A stretch of 64,000 nucleotides of DNA, taken from assembly GCA_963663385.2 (NCBI GenBank), contig CAXXXD010000004.1:704001-768000 (forward strand). Direction: 5' to 3'. The notes under the pieces are model-generated. The model worked only from the letters and a program-made list of their open reading frames with translations. It had not been told where the DNA came from and made no database searches. Positions 29,460 through 38,257 of this stretch are shown piece after piece. Each line of letters starts with the position of its first letter. Position 1 is the stretch's first letter. A program made the position numbers and the translations under genes. The DNA is from Oceanispirochaeta sp. Lineage in GTDB: Bacteria > Spirochaetota > Spirochaetia > DSM-2461.

Positions 29460-30329
29460 TTAGTTCATATTGAGAAAATACTCTCTGACACACCTGGCAA
29501 CAGCATCGGAGGTTTCGGAAAATATGATTCCCTTTGAGCGGATAAGGGACGTATCCAGACGGGCGTCACGGGGTTTGTCCGCATACTTCTCCTCATCCCG
29601 GATTACCAGTTCCGGGATGCGGTGTTCCAGACCCATTTCCTTCAGAATCTGACAGACCACATCATACCGGTTCTTTTTGTTCTCTGCTCCCACATGGTAG
29701 GTTCCGGGAGGAAGGTTCATAATTTTATCGAACTGATCCATGAGCTCATTGACATAGGTGAGCCCGCGGTACTCGTTGCAGGGAACCCTCATCGGTTCAT
29801 TCCTCATTACGGATTTTACCGTATCCCAGAAGATATTATTCACAACAGGCCTGTTCCTCTCGGGAACGCCGAACATCCAGGTAAAGCGGAGGATGATCAG
29901 ATCGCCCAGAATGTCCTTGATTTTACCTTCCGCTTCCAGCTTGTTCCTGCCGTACATGGTATCGGGAACAGGGGTGTCTGTCTCTTTATAGGGACCGGGA
30001 TCGGGGTTGCCGTTGAATACCTGCTCCGTACTGAGAAAGATCATCCTGGCGCCTGTCTCCCTGCAGGCTTCTGCTATATTGACCGCCCCGTCCACATTGA
30101 TGGCATGGCATTTTTCGGGATTTTTATTACAGAAATCCGTCAGGGCTATGGCAGCCGCATGAATCACATAATCGGGCTTGTAAAGCTTGAAGGCATCCAG
30201 GATTTTATCCTTTTCAAGAATATTCAGTTCCTGTACGTCCGTAGCCAGTATTTCATAGTTATGATGATGAGCTTCCCGGAATCGGGTCCCGATAAAACCG
30301 TTCCCGCCGGTCAGAAGAACTCTTTTCAT
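29460..30329 (-). CDS. RmlD-like (dTDP-4-dehydrorhamnose reductase family) extended SDR
   Basis: TGGNGFIG, IHAAA, STEQVFNG, YGRNK (YxxxK); no rmlABC nearby. Confidence 0.85.
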   Translation of the reverse strand: MKRVLLTGGNGFIGTRFREAHHHNYEILATDVQELNILEKDKILDAFKLYKPDYVIHAAAIALTDFCNKNPEKCHAINVDGAVNIAEACRETGARMIFLSTEQVFNGNPDPGPYKETDTPVPDTMYGRNKLEAEGKIKDILGDLIILRFTWMFGVPERNRPVVNNIFWDTVKSVMRNEPMRVPCNEYRGLTYVNELMDQFDKIMNLPPGTYHVGAENKKNRYDVVCQILKEMGLEHRIPELVIRDEEKYADKPRDARLDTSLIRSKGIIFSETSDAVARCVREYFLNMN

Positions 30330-30398
30330 TCCTCTCTCCTTGTTTTCTGTTTTTTATCTGATTTTTCGAATATTATACACTAATCTGTAAAATAAAGA

Positions 30399-30440
30399 TA
30401 GACTAATTTTCATATGATAGTATATAATTTTCATATGATA
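30399..30440. promoter_or_regulatory. Paired DeoR-type operator (site D) over the pflD promoter
   Basis: Exact 16-nt direct repeat TAATTTTCATATGATA at 30404 and 30425 (21 bp apart), flanking TATAAT at 30423. Confidence 0.8.
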
Positions 30441-30457
30441 AATATTGGAGGTGCGTT

Positions 30458-32809
30458 GTGTCTGATATCTCAATGCTGAAATCCATGAAAATTGAAGAGG
30501 AAATCCTCAGTTTAAAGAATAAGATAATGGGTGAAGAGCGGATTGTTTCAATGGAACAGGCTGTCAGTATCACCAGATCCTATAAAGAGAATCCCGGTGA
30601 TCCGGTTGTTCTGCAGAGGGCAAAGGCCTTTTCCCGCTCCCTTGAAGAAATCCCTGTAAGGATTGATCCGGAAGAAAGGATTGTCGGAAACAGAACCCCC
30701 GGTATCCGCAGCGGTGTCGTATTTCCCGAAGCGGGCCTTTCCTGGCTGGAGAGGGAGTTTGATACCCTCCACAGCAGACCTCAGGACAAATTCCGCCAGT
30801 CCAGTAAAGACCTGGAAATCCTTTTCGGCTATCTTCTGCCTTTCTGGAAGGGGCATACCCTGGAAGACTATATCGGGAGGGAGAAGGGGACGGAGATAAA
30901 GGAGATCGGCAAGGTTGTAAAAATCAACCAGAAGGATCATGCCCAGGGGCATATCGCTCCCGACTGCATTTCCTGGTTAAAACAAGGACCGGCCGGTCTG
31001 GCGCAGCAGTACCGGACGGCCCTGAAAGGATCTTCCGGTTCCCGTCGAGATTTCTATCAGGCCGTGGTGATCGTTCTGGAGGCCGCCAGCGCCTATATGC
31101 TCCGCTATGCGGAACAGGCGAAGAAACAGGCCGGTGAATCGGAATGGATGATGGAAACTTCCCGGATCTGCCGGAAACTGGCCGTGGAACCTCCCGAAAC
31201 GTTTCATGAAGCCCTTCAATCGCTCTGGTTTCTCTTTGTTCTCCTTCAGGCGGAATCCAATGCTTCCTCCTTCTCTCCCGGACGGCTGGATCAGTACCTG
31301 TACCCTTTTCTGAAAGGGGATCTTGATTCGGGTCGGCTATCTCTGGGAGAAGCTCAGCTTCTGCTGGAGCATCTCTGGTTAAGTTTCAACAAGATTGTGT
31401 ACCTCAGGAATTCAGAGGGGGCCCGTTATTTTGCAGGCTTTCCCATCGGATTCAATGTGGCTGTAGGCGGTCAGACAGAAGACGGCAAAGACGCTTCCAA
31501 TCTCCTTTCCTGGATGTGTCTGAAGGCGCAGGAACATATCGGCCTGCCCCAGCCGAACCTTTCAGTCCGTTTGCATGCGAACAGTCCTGACAGTTTTATT
31601 GATTTCAGTTCCCGGGTTATCGGTCTGGGCAGCGGGATGCCCCAGATTTTTAATGACGAGAGTATAATCCCGGCTCTGGAAAATGTGGGAATCTCCCATT
31701 CTGATGCCATGAACTATGCTGTAGTAGGGTGCGTTGAACTGACGACTCCCGGGAACAACCTGGGATGGAGTGATGCGGCCATGTTCAATCTGGTGAAGGC
31801 GCTGGAGATGGCCCTGAACAATGGTGTCTGTCTGCAGACGGAAGAGCAGATAGGTCCCCGTTTCGGCTCTCTTGAAGATTTTAAAAGTTTCGATGAACTG
31901 GAAGAGGCATTCCGGAAACAGATGGACTACTATATAGACCGGATGATGGGGATCTGTGATTTTGTCGACCGGGCCCATGCCGAAATCCTTCCGTCTCCCT
32001 TTCTCTCTTCCGTTATCGACAGCTGCCTTGAAAAAGGGCTGGATGTTACGGCCGGGGGAGCCAGGTACAACCTTTCGGGAATTCAGCTGATACAGGTGGC
32101 CAATGTGGCCGACTCGCTGGCCGTTATAAAACAGATGGTATTTGAAGAGAAATCCGTTACAGCTTCACAGCTGATGAACGCCCTGCGCGGAAACTGGGAC
32201 GGGGAGGAGAAACTGCGTCAGCGTGTTCTGCATCATGTTCCCAAATACGGAAATGATGTGGAGTGGGTTGATGCAACGGGAAACAAATGGGTCGCCTACT
32301 TTGCCGGGCGGATGAAGGAATTTAAAAATGCCCGCGGCGGTCCCTATCATACGGGGCTTTATACCGTATCGGCCCATGTCCCCATGGGGAAAAATGTCGG
32401 GGCGAGCGCAGACGGCCGTTTTGCCGGTACCCCCCTGGCGGACGGTGGGATCTCAGCCATGTATGGAAGGGATAAGAAAGGGCCTACGGCACTGCTGAAA
32501 TCCGTCAGCCGGATCAACTCCCTTCCCGCCAGTAACGGGACCCTCCTGAATATGAAATTCCTGCCGGATTTCTTCAAATCCGGGGAGGACCTTAAGAAGT
32601 TTTCCGCCCTGCTGAAAAGTTTTGTCCGTTTGAAGATCCATCATGTCCAGTTTAATGTGGTACGGAAAGAGGATCTGCTGGCGGCACAGGAAAACCCTGA
32701 AGCCTATAAGGGGCTTACCATCAGAGTCGCCGGGTACACAGCCTATTTTACGGAACTGGCAAGGGATCTGCAGGATGAGATTATCGCCCGGACCGGTTAT
32801 GGCGCCTGA
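30458..32809 (+). CDS. pflD: Glycyl radical enzyme, PflD (PFL2)-like
   Basis: Single-Cys loop VVGCVEL, Gly loop IRVAGY; RPQDKF, INQKDHAQGHI, ESNASSFSPGRLDQY, ARYFAGFP and YTVSAHVPMG match E. coli PflD as recalled; GTG start with GGAGG RBS. Confidence 0.88.
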   Translation: MSDISMLKSMKIEEEILSLKNKIMGEERIVSMEQAVSITRSYKENPGDPVVLQRAKAFSRSLEEIPVRIDPEERIVGNRTPGIRSGVVFPEAGLSWLEREFDTLHSRPQDKFRQSSKDLEILFGYLLPFWKGHTLEDYIGREKGTEIKEIGKVVKINQKDHAQGHIAPDCISWLKQGPAGLAQQYRTALKGSSGSRRDFYQAVVIVLEAASAYMLRYAEQAKKQAGESEWMMETSRICRKLAVEPPETFHEALQSLWFLFVLLQAESNASSFSPGRLDQYLYPFLKGDLDSGRLSLGEAQLLLEHLWLSFNKIVYLRNSEGARYFAGFPIGFNVAVGGQTEDGKDASNLLSWMCLKAQEHIGLPQPNLSVRLHANSPDSFIDFSSRVIGLGSGMPQIFNDESIIPALENVGISHSDAMNYAVVGCVELTTPGNNLGWSDAAMFNLVKALEMALNNGVCLQTEEQIGPRFGSLEDFKSFDELEEAFRKQMDYYIDRMMGICDFVDRAHAEILPSPFLSSVIDSCLEKGLDVTAGGARYNLSGIQLIQVANVADSLAVIKQMVFEEKSVTASQLMNALRGNWDGEEKLRQRVLHHVPKYGNDVEWVDATGNKWVAYFAGRMKEFKNARGGPYHTGLYTVSAHVPMGKNVGASADGRFAGTPLADGGISAMYGRDKKGPTALLKSVSRINSLPASNGTLLNMKFLPDFFKSGEDLKKFSALLKSFVRLKIHHVQFNVVRKEDLLAAQENPEAYKGLTIRVAGYTAYFTELARDLQDEIIARTGYGA

Positions 32810-32823
32810 AATACGGAGGAATC

Positions 32824-33723
32824 ATGAATTCAGTAGTGTTTGATATAAAACGTTTTGCCGTGCATGACGGGCCGGGTATAAGGAGTTCCGTTTTTTTGAA
32901 GGGATGTCCCCTGAACTGTGTCTGGTGCCATAATCCCGAAGGGATCTCTCCCGAAATCCAGCTCTGGTATTTTCCGGGGCAGTGTCTGCGCTGCGGGGAC
33001 TGTATTAAAACCTGCCCTGAAGGGGCTCTTCAAATGGATGAAAAACACGGGATTGTAATAGACCGGAACCTTTGTACGAAATGCGGGAAATGCACGGAAA
33101 TATGCCCGACCGGAGCGCTTGCCTTTATCGGCAGGAATATGACAACCGACGAAGTGGTGGAGGAGCTGCTGGAAGACAGAATCTTCTACGAAGAGTCGGG
33201 CGGGGGGATTACACTGACCGGAGGGGAACCCCTGGCGCAGAGTGAAGCGGCCCTGGAAATCCTGAATAGAATGAAAGCAATGGGAATTCATACAGCAGTG
33301 GAAACATCTCTCCAGGTGCCCCGCCGTATCCTGGAAAAGTTCCTGCCCCTGGTGGACTTCTTTATGTGTGATCTGAAAATCCTGGATCCGGACAGGCATA
33401 CGGATCATGTGGGACGGGATAATCGGCTTATACTGGAGAATATTGCCTGGCTGTCTGAACAGGATGCAGAAATTCTGGTGCGGGTTCCGGTCATTCCGGG
33501 ATTTACCGATCAGCAGGAAAATCTGAAAGGAATAGCTGTTTTTCTATCCGGTCTGAATCGTTCACTGCCGGTGGAACTAATGAACTTCAATCCTCTGGCC
33601 CGGGATAAATTCCGGGTACTGGGGCGCCCATACGAACCCCGTCAGGCCTCACAGCCCTATAGGGAAAAGGAGATGAAAGGGTTCCGGGATATATTCAGAA
33701 AACAGGGACTTGAAGTAAAGTAG
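32824..33723 (+). CDS. pflC: Glycyl-radical enzyme activating protein (radical SAM with ferredoxin insert)
   Basis: HDGPGIRS, GCPLNCVWCHNPE, two CxxCxxCxxxCP motifs, GGITLTGGEP. Confidence 0.95.
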   Translation: MNSVVFDIKRFAVHDGPGIRSSVFLKGCPLNCVWCHNPEGISPEIQLWYFPGQCLRCGDCIKTCPEGALQMDEKHGIVIDRNLCTKCGKCTEICPTGALAFIGRNMTTDEVVEELLEDRIFYEESGGGITLTGGEPLAQSEAALEILNRMKAMGIHTAVETSLQVPRRILEKFLPLVDFFMCDLKILDPDRHTDHVGRDNRLILENIAWLSEQDAEILVRVPVIPGFTDQQENLKGIAVFLSGLNRSLPVELMNFNPLARDKFRVLGRPYEPRQASQPYREKEMKGFRDIFRKQGLEVK

Positions 33724-33724
33724 A

Positions 33725-36700
33725 TTATCCCGGATCCCGGGGCAGGCAGACAGACACGACTGTTCCTGTTTCTTCCGATGTGTGCATGTCTATGGAACCG
33801 CCAATGGTTTCAATCATCAGTTTGGCGCTGTAGGTGCCAAGTCCCCGGCCGCTGGTTTTTCCGTGGGATACGTATTTATCGAAGAAATGATTCCTTATCT
33901 CCTCCGGTACAGTACCCTGATTACATACTTCAATCAGGATTTCAGTTCTTTTGTCTGCCGTATTAATATGAACAACACTGCTTTCCGGGGAGGCTTCGAT
34001 GGCATTTTTTATCAGATTGGAAAGGGCTGTATAGCAGAGCACCTCCTCTCCTTTTATTTCCAGTTTATGGAAGGACTCGAGAGGGATTTTTCCCATCATA
34101 AAGGACAGGTCTATATTTTTCTTTTCTGCGGTGAGACTCATTTCCTCCCGGATGTTCTGCATGGTTTCTGCAACATTGAATAGAACCGGTTCGAACATGT
34201 ACTCCCCCGATTCAAGTCTGCTTATATCAAGGTAGCGGTTGATTATTTCCAGCATTCTGTTCCCCGCACTGCTGATTTTACCCAGGTACTCCCGATTCCG
34301 GCCTTTGAATTCTCCCGATTCCATCAGGATCTGAGGATAGCCTATAATGCTGTTCAGGGGGGATTTCAGATCATGACGTATAATCCTTTCCATGTCCTCC
34401 CTGAATTTCTCATGCTTCCTGTCTTCTGTAATATTCCGTTTCACTCCCCTGAATCCGGTCAGTTCGCCGGAACTGTCCAGTATGGGAACAGCGCTGGTTT
34501 CAATAATGACGGGATTCCCTTTTTTATGTATATCCGTATGGACATGCCGGGATATGCTGTCCCGGCTTGCAAGCAGCCTATTGAATACTTTACGGACAGA
34601 TTCCCTCTCCCTTTTGTCTATATAATCAAAAAAAGATGTGCCAATCAGTTCTTCCGGCGTACGGCCTGTAAAATCTGCCGAACGGGGGCTTATATAGGTT
34701 AGCTCCCCTTCTGTGTTGATCTCCCAGAACAGTTCAAGGGAATTTTCAATCAGATCCTGAAACCTTTCCTTTGTATACTTTAAAGAACTCTGGGTACTAA
34801 TCTTCTGAACAGCCAGGGCAAAGACACGGGAAATCCTCTCTATCAGTTCCTGTTCTCTCTCTGAATACCCGTCTTTTCTGTTGAAGAATGCAAAAATGTA
34901 GTATTCATCTTCCTTAAAGGCAAAGGGATAAATTATGAAATTCCCGTAGCAGTTCTCCTTTGGTTTATTTTCAATAACAGGGCATTTCAGGTTTACCCTT
35001 TTCAGGACATTACGGTTGTACTCGTTCCTTTTCATACCCATTCCGGAAAATGCCCCGGTTTTCTGCACTGTATAATCGGGAGAAGAGGTTACCGTAGCAA
35101 TAAATCCCTTTTGACTCTCCATTATGGCAGTCATGCTCTCAAGAAGGGATGCGGTCAGTGATTCCTGTGAATAGTCAATGGATAAGAGTTGTTCCACTGT
35201 CTGGGAAACAAAGGAGTTGGCCCTCAGTTTCCATTCCATCCCTTCCTGATAGGTTTTCATTTCTGTTATTTCCTGCAGTGTTCCAAAAAGATACAGGAGA
35301 CTGCCCTGCTCATTCAGTTCCGGCAGCACAGTGCATTTCACCCAGCACAGATCACGGCTTTTGGTGAAATAGCGGAATTCAATCTCTCTCCTTTCAAGGG
35401 TTTCCGATACGTCCCTGATTGTATTCCTCACAGCATCCCTATCATCATTATGGATGTGATATTTAAAATGTTCAGTCGTCGGTTCAAACTCCCCCGGAAT
35501 ATACCCGAGCATCCTGAATACCTGATCGGACCAGAAAAAAGTCCCATCCCCGAGGTATATTTCAAAACTCCCCAAGCAGGCAATTTCCTGAGCGAATTTC
35601 AAACGGCTTTCGTTCCTGACGACTTTCTGCCTTGCTTCATGCAGTTCCGTAATATCCTGATCGAAACCGATTGTTCTCAAAGGATTTCCGGAAGGATCGG
35701 ATTCCATATGGCAGGATCTTTTTATCTGTTTAATCCTGCCGTCTTTCATCTTCAGTCTATGATATAATGTGTAGGATTCCCTGATATTGTTTTTGAACCT
35801 GTCCAGCACCCGTTTGCGGTCTTCCGGATGGATGGTGTCTATGAATACATTGAATCTTTCCTGCCGGGGATCTCCGTTGAACTCAAATATCTCGGTCAGC
35901 CCGTCTGTCCAGTTCAGTTCCCCGGTTTGATGGTTATACTCCCATCGGCCAAGCTTGACTGCCTGGTGGAGTTTGGCCCACATCCTTTTGGATTTCTGCA
36001 ACTCTGTGACATCCCGTATCAGGCAGATCAATAGAAGTTCTTTTTCGATTGTCACAGGAGTTGTCTTTATTTCAAACTCAAAAATGTCTCCGTTTTTATG
36101 GGCAATTTCAATGGGGGAGTTATTATTGAAATTCTCATTGATCAGATCTTCCGCAGAGCGGGGGTAGAAATCAAAGATGCAGCGGTTCTGTAACTCCGCT
36201 GCCTTATAGCCGATCAGATTGCACATGGTGCTGTTGGCCATGGATATCTTCCAGTCCGAGATACGGCAGAGGAAAATCCCTTCAGAAGTATTTTCAAAAA
36301 CACCCCTGAACTGTTCTCTGCTGCAGTGCAGTTTATCCTTTTCTTTCTTCAGCTGCTGCTCCAGTCTGATCCTGCTGCTTATATCCTGTCCGGTTGAAAG
36401 GATTTCAGTCAGCTCTCCCCTGGTGTTGTATATTCCCTTGTTGGTCCAGTTTATCCACACCCTCTCACCATTACGGCGTATATTTTCATTCACATTGGAT
36501 ATGAAATCATCGGGTTTCTGCAGAAGGCTCTGAAAAAGGTGATTAAGGAATACTTCCTGTGAATCGACCTTGGGAATCAATGTTCCCAATAGGTACTTTC
36601 CAATGATCTCCTTTGGGGTATATCCGTAAAAATCCAATCCGAACTGATTGAGAAACAGGATCTTCCCTTTATTGTCGAATTTGATGATGATGGCGTTTGC

Positions 36701-37075
36701 CATCTCAACAAGGTCCTTGTATTCCTGTTTTTCTATCTGCTTAATAACGGGAGTCTTCTGACGATTGAGGACTTTTTCAATGGAAGATTGTAATTGTCCT
36801 TCTGTCAGGGTTCCCTTTTCGCTGACAGAAAGGCTGACAATCGGGATATACTGGCGCGAATGAATTGTATCAATGGTTTCAATCCAGTCTATTCCATCGC
36901 CCTTGCGGGCATCTATAAGGATCATATCCGGTTCAAGGCGGTTAACTTCTTCCATCAGCCCCGATTGACATAGAGCTGTCCTTATTCTTGTATATCCCAG
37001 GGACGCCAATAGCTTCTTTATATCCTTGTTACCGGACTCGTCCCTGCCTGCCAGTAATATATGAGTTCTATCCAT
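33725..37075 (-). CDS. Multi-PAS sensor histidine kinase with N-terminal degenerate receiver
   Basis: Several PAS/PAC repeats, RHDLKSPL H-box, NLIKNAIEAS, GRGLG. Confidence 0.92.
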   Translation of the reverse strand: MDRTHILLAGRDESGNKDIKKLLASLGYTRIRTALCQSGLMEEVNRLEPDMILIDARKGDGIDWIETIDTIHSRQYIPIVSLSVSEKGTLTEGQLQSSIEKVLNRQKTPVIKQIEKQEYKDLVEMANAIIIKFDNKGKILFLNQFGLDFYGYTPKEIIGKYLLGTLIPKVDSQEVFLNHLFQSLLQKPDDFISNVNENIRRNGERVWINWTNKGIYNTRGELTEILSTGQDISSRIRLEQQLKKEKDKLHCSREQFRGVFENTSEGIFLCRISDWKISMANSTMCNLIGYKAAELQNRCIFDFYPRSAEDLINENFNNNSPIEIAHKNGDIFEFEIKTTPVTIEKELLLICLIRDVTELQKSKRMWAKLHQAVKLGRWEYNHQTGELNWTDGLTEIFEFNGDPRQERFNVFIDTIHPEDRKRVLDRFKNNIRESYTLYHRLKMKDGRIKQIKRSCHMESDPSGNPLRTIGFDQDITELHEARQKVVRNESRLKFAQEIACLGSFEIYLGDGTFFWSDQVFRMLGYIPGEFEPTTEHFKYHIHNDDRDAVRNTIRDVSETLERREIEFRYFTKSRDLCWVKCTVLPELNEQGSLLYLFGTLQEITEMKTYQEGMEWKLRANSFVSQTVEQLLSIDYSQESLTASLLESMTAIMESQKGFIATVTSSPDYTVQKTGAFSGMGMKRNEYNRNVLKRVNLKCPVIENKPKENCYGNFIIYPFAFKEDEYYIFAFFNRKDGYSEREQELIERISRVFALAVQKISTQSSLKYTKERFQDLIENSLELFWEINTEGELTYISPRSADFTGRTPEELIGTSFFDYIDKRERESVRKVFNRLLASRDSISRHVHTDIHKKGNPVIIETSAVPILDSSGELTGFRGVKRNITEDRKHEKFREDMERIIRHDLKSPLNSIIGYPQILMESGEFKGRNREYLGKISSAGNRMLEIINRYLDISRLESGEYMFEPVLFNVAETMQNIREEMSLTAEKKNIDLSFMMGKIPLESFHKLEIKGEEVLCYTALSNLIKNAIEASPESSVVHINTADKRTEILIEVCNQGTVPEEIRNHFFDKYVSHGKTSGRGLGTYSAKLMIETIGGSIDMHTSEETGTVVSVCLPRDPG

Positions 37076-37268
37076 AACAGATTCCTGATGTGAATTTATT
37101 TCCAGTTTTAATAGAATTCTACATTGATTATTGAATAATAATTCATAATTTTAATAATTGCGAATGGAAAACCGCCTCTTTCCGGAAGATTGTCAGCCAA
37201 TGCTGGATGTTTCCCCTCCGGCAGTTTATAGTGTAGTCTGCCAACTTTAAGATTCAGGGAGAATCATT

Positions 37269-38141
37269 ATGAAACCGTACCGTTTTCTCGATCAGGACAA
37301 ACAGGTCCAGGACTACCTGATATCATTGAGGGAACGGGACGTCCAGGTGACAGCCGTCGATCTGGAGGGAGAATTCAATCTTCATCACTATGGGGAGCAT
37401 CTCTGTCTTGTTCAGATCTTTGATGGCCGTGATTCTGTTATTATTGATCCCCAGACTGTCCGGATAAGTCTTATTAAAGAGTTCTTTGAAGATCCTTCGC
37501 TAAAGAAAATTTTTTATGACTGCTCCGGTGACCGAACCCTTCTGTACAGACAGTATGGGATCAGTTTAACCGCCGTTATTGATTTGCTGCCGGCCGTGGA
37601 ACTGCTGGAACTTGAGAAGAAAGGATTGGGTAAAGTTCTGACAGCCGTACTCGGTCTGGAAGAGAAAAACAAGAAAAAATTCCAGCGCTATAACTGGATG
37701 AAAAGACCCATACGGGAAGATGCCCTTGTCTATGCCATAGAGGATGTTGAATACCTGTATGAATTAAAAGAAAAACTGATGAGCGATATTGAGAAAAGAG
37801 GCCTTTTTGAGGAGTATGAAAGACTGAATCACGAGGTTCAGTCAAAGCCGGTGGCACTGGAAGCCGTCCCCGGACTCTTTAAAAAAAACCGTTTTAAAAA
37901 ACTGCCTCCGGAAGCTAAAGAACTGTTCAGGGAGCTTTATTATGTTCGGGACGAGTACGCCCAGCGGATGGACCTGCCTCCTAACTCCGTCATTGCCAAT
38001 GAAGACCTGTACGGGTTGTCCCTGTCCCGTATGGCCTCCTGTGATATCGCCTTTTCCAGACAGGTCTCTCAAAAGTTCATTCCATCTCTTCTGAAGGATG
38101 TTGACAGGGTCCTTTCCCGGAATCCCGCGCATTCCGGATAA
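37269..38141 (+). CDS. rnd: Ribonuclease D-like 3'-5' exonuclease with HRDC domain
   Basis: AVDLEG, LCLVQI, NWMKRP, YAIEDVEYL, RDEYAQRMDLPP. Confidence 0.85.
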   Translation: MKPYRFLDQDKQVQDYLISLRERDVQVTAVDLEGEFNLHHYGEHLCLVQIFDGRDSVIIDPQTVRISLIKEFFEDPSLKKIFYDCSGDRTLLYRQYGISLTAVIDLLPAVELLELEKKGLGKVLTAVLGLEEKNKKKFQRYNWMKRPIREDALVYAIEDVEYLYELKEKLMSDIEKRGLFEEYERLNHEVQSKPVALEAVPGLFKKNRFKKLPPEAKELFRELYYVRDEYAQRMDLPPNSVIANEDLYGLSLSRMASCDIAFSRQVSQKFIPSLLKDVDRVLSRNPAHSG

Positions 38142-38171
38142 CACCGGATAACACCGGATAACACCGGATAA
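38134..38171. repeat. 10-bp tandem repeat (CCGGATAACA) x3.8
   Basis: Directly visible; overlaps the rnd stop codon. Confidence 0.95.
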
Positions 38172-38257
38172 TGGGAATCCTGACAAAATGGATCGTCAGT
38201 ATGATATTTCTCTTGAAAAGCGCATTTTAGTATTCTAGTCTTTAGTTTACTAAAATC

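Noticed and set aside
29460..30329. dTDP-rhamnose or O-antigen biosynthesis locus
   Set aside because: No rmlA/B/C or glycosyltransferase genes are nearby.
30458..32809. Annotation as pyruvate formate-lyase, glycerol dehydratase or choline TMA-lyase
   Set aside because: It has a single Cys (GCVE) rather than the PFL CC pair, its motifs match the PflD clade, and there are no microcompartment genes.
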